Shown here piece by piece: positions 63,317 through 64,000 of a stretch of DNA of 64,000 nt. The DNA is from Cyanophora paradoxa CCMP329 (lineage: Eukaryota; Plantae; Glaucophyta). Both the position numbers and the translations under genes were made by a program. The notes under the pieces are model-generated. The model did no database searches. It was not told the DNA's origin and worked only from the letters and a program-made list of their open reading frames with translations. Within the stretch, counting starts at the first letter, position 1; each line of letters opens with the position of its first letter. Where the stretch lies: NCBI GenBank assembly GCA_004431415.1, contig QPMI01000053.1, forward strand, positions 1-64,000, given 5' to 3'.

Positions 63317-64000
63317 CTACGCAGCAGCGATGGCGTTGTCCTCCAGCGCCTGGGCCTTGTCGAAAGCCTCGATCTCTGCTGCGTCCGCCTCCTCCTCTGC
63401 TCGCAGCCGGATCTCCCGCTTCTTCACCTCTGCGAGGCCGTGAGGCGGGGCCGGGGGTTTGGGTGGGTGGGCGGGTGGGTGGGTGGGGGGGGGGGGGGGG
63501 GGGGGGGAGGGGGGGGGGGGGGGGCGGCGGTGGAGGGGAGGGGAGGGCGTGGGCATGATCCAGCCCGCACCGATCTCGCGGTCGATCTTGGCGAGGGCAT
63601 CCGGGTCGAAGCTCGGGCGGCGCCCCGCCTTGTCCACGCCGGCGAGCTTCTTGGCCATTTCGTAGCGGCTCAGCGCGCACTCGGCCCGCAGGCGGTGCAT
63701 AGCCAGCTTCTCGGCCTGCAGGGCCTGCTCCGTCAGGATCCGCCGCCGCCGCTCCCGCGCCATGATCTCTGCCACCCGCCGCATCTCATCTCCCACCGTC
63801 GACACCTGCGCCGCATCAGAACCGAACACGGTCGAGCGAGCGACGGGAGAGAGGGCGGACCTTGGCGTCGAGGCGACCGGAGAGGCGCCGCTCGCCCGCC
63901 AGCTCGACGGCCATCGCTCGCTTCTCCTCCGCCTCCTCCGCCGCCCGCTTCTCCAGCGCCCCGCAGTGCAGCCGCAGCGCCGCCAGCTCCGCCCGCAGCC
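63317..64000 (-). CDS. 3' part of a hypothetical coiled-coil protein
   Basis: GC3-rich reading MRRVAEIMARERRRRILTEQ...EVKKREIRLRAEEE with a probable intron over the G-run; continues beyond the window. Confidence 0.45.
   Translation of the reverse strand, partial: GCGRSWRRCGCTAGRWRSGRRRRRRRSERWPSSWRASGASPVASTPRSALSPVARSTVFGSDAAQVSTVGDEMRRVAEIMARERRRRILTEQALQAEKLAMHRLRAECALSRYEMAKKLAGVDKAGRRPSFDPDALAKIDREIGAGWIMPTPSPPLHRRPPPPPSPPPPPPPTHPPAHPPKPPAPPHGLAEVKKREIRLRAEEEADAAEIEAFDKAQALEDNAIAAA

Overview
GC-rich eukaryotic (protist-like) genomic DNA with very short (~45-60 nt) GT-AG introns, in two compartments. (1) About 1-15.2 kb is a gene-dense, almost intron-free endogenous virus-like element that runs off the left edge of the window. 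It carries a penton-like gene, a frameshifted ~1700-aa fibre/coiled-coil gene, a Peptidase_S74 fibre, an FN3 plus glycine-rich adhesin, a tandem pair of unrecognised paralogs, an HNH protein and a putative spliced regulatory gene. Most of its genes share a WWWT-TCKSA motif just upstream of the ATG, and it has three (GGGACTT)n arrays. No polymerase, integrase, packaging ATPase or canonical double-jelly-roll capsid gene is visible, so a Polinton-like/virophage assignment is inference. (2) About 16-64 kb holds host housekeeping genes (OST48/WBP1, CTNNBL1, cytochrome b5, LST8, COQ9, TAF7, MPC1, FKBP-TPR, DapB, cytochrome c1, RPA1) separated by repeat-rich spacers. The spacers contain seven copies of a Fanzor2/TnpB-derived end with one fixed terminus and seven different flanks (omegaRNA-like), hAT- and Harbinger-like MITEs, and a TIR family enclosing fragments of neighbouring genes. 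Comparing repeat copies shows a recurrent 6-nt insertion, NNN -> NNN-revcomp-NNN. All alignments were done by eye. Gene coordinates are outer start/stop positions, not exon lists.
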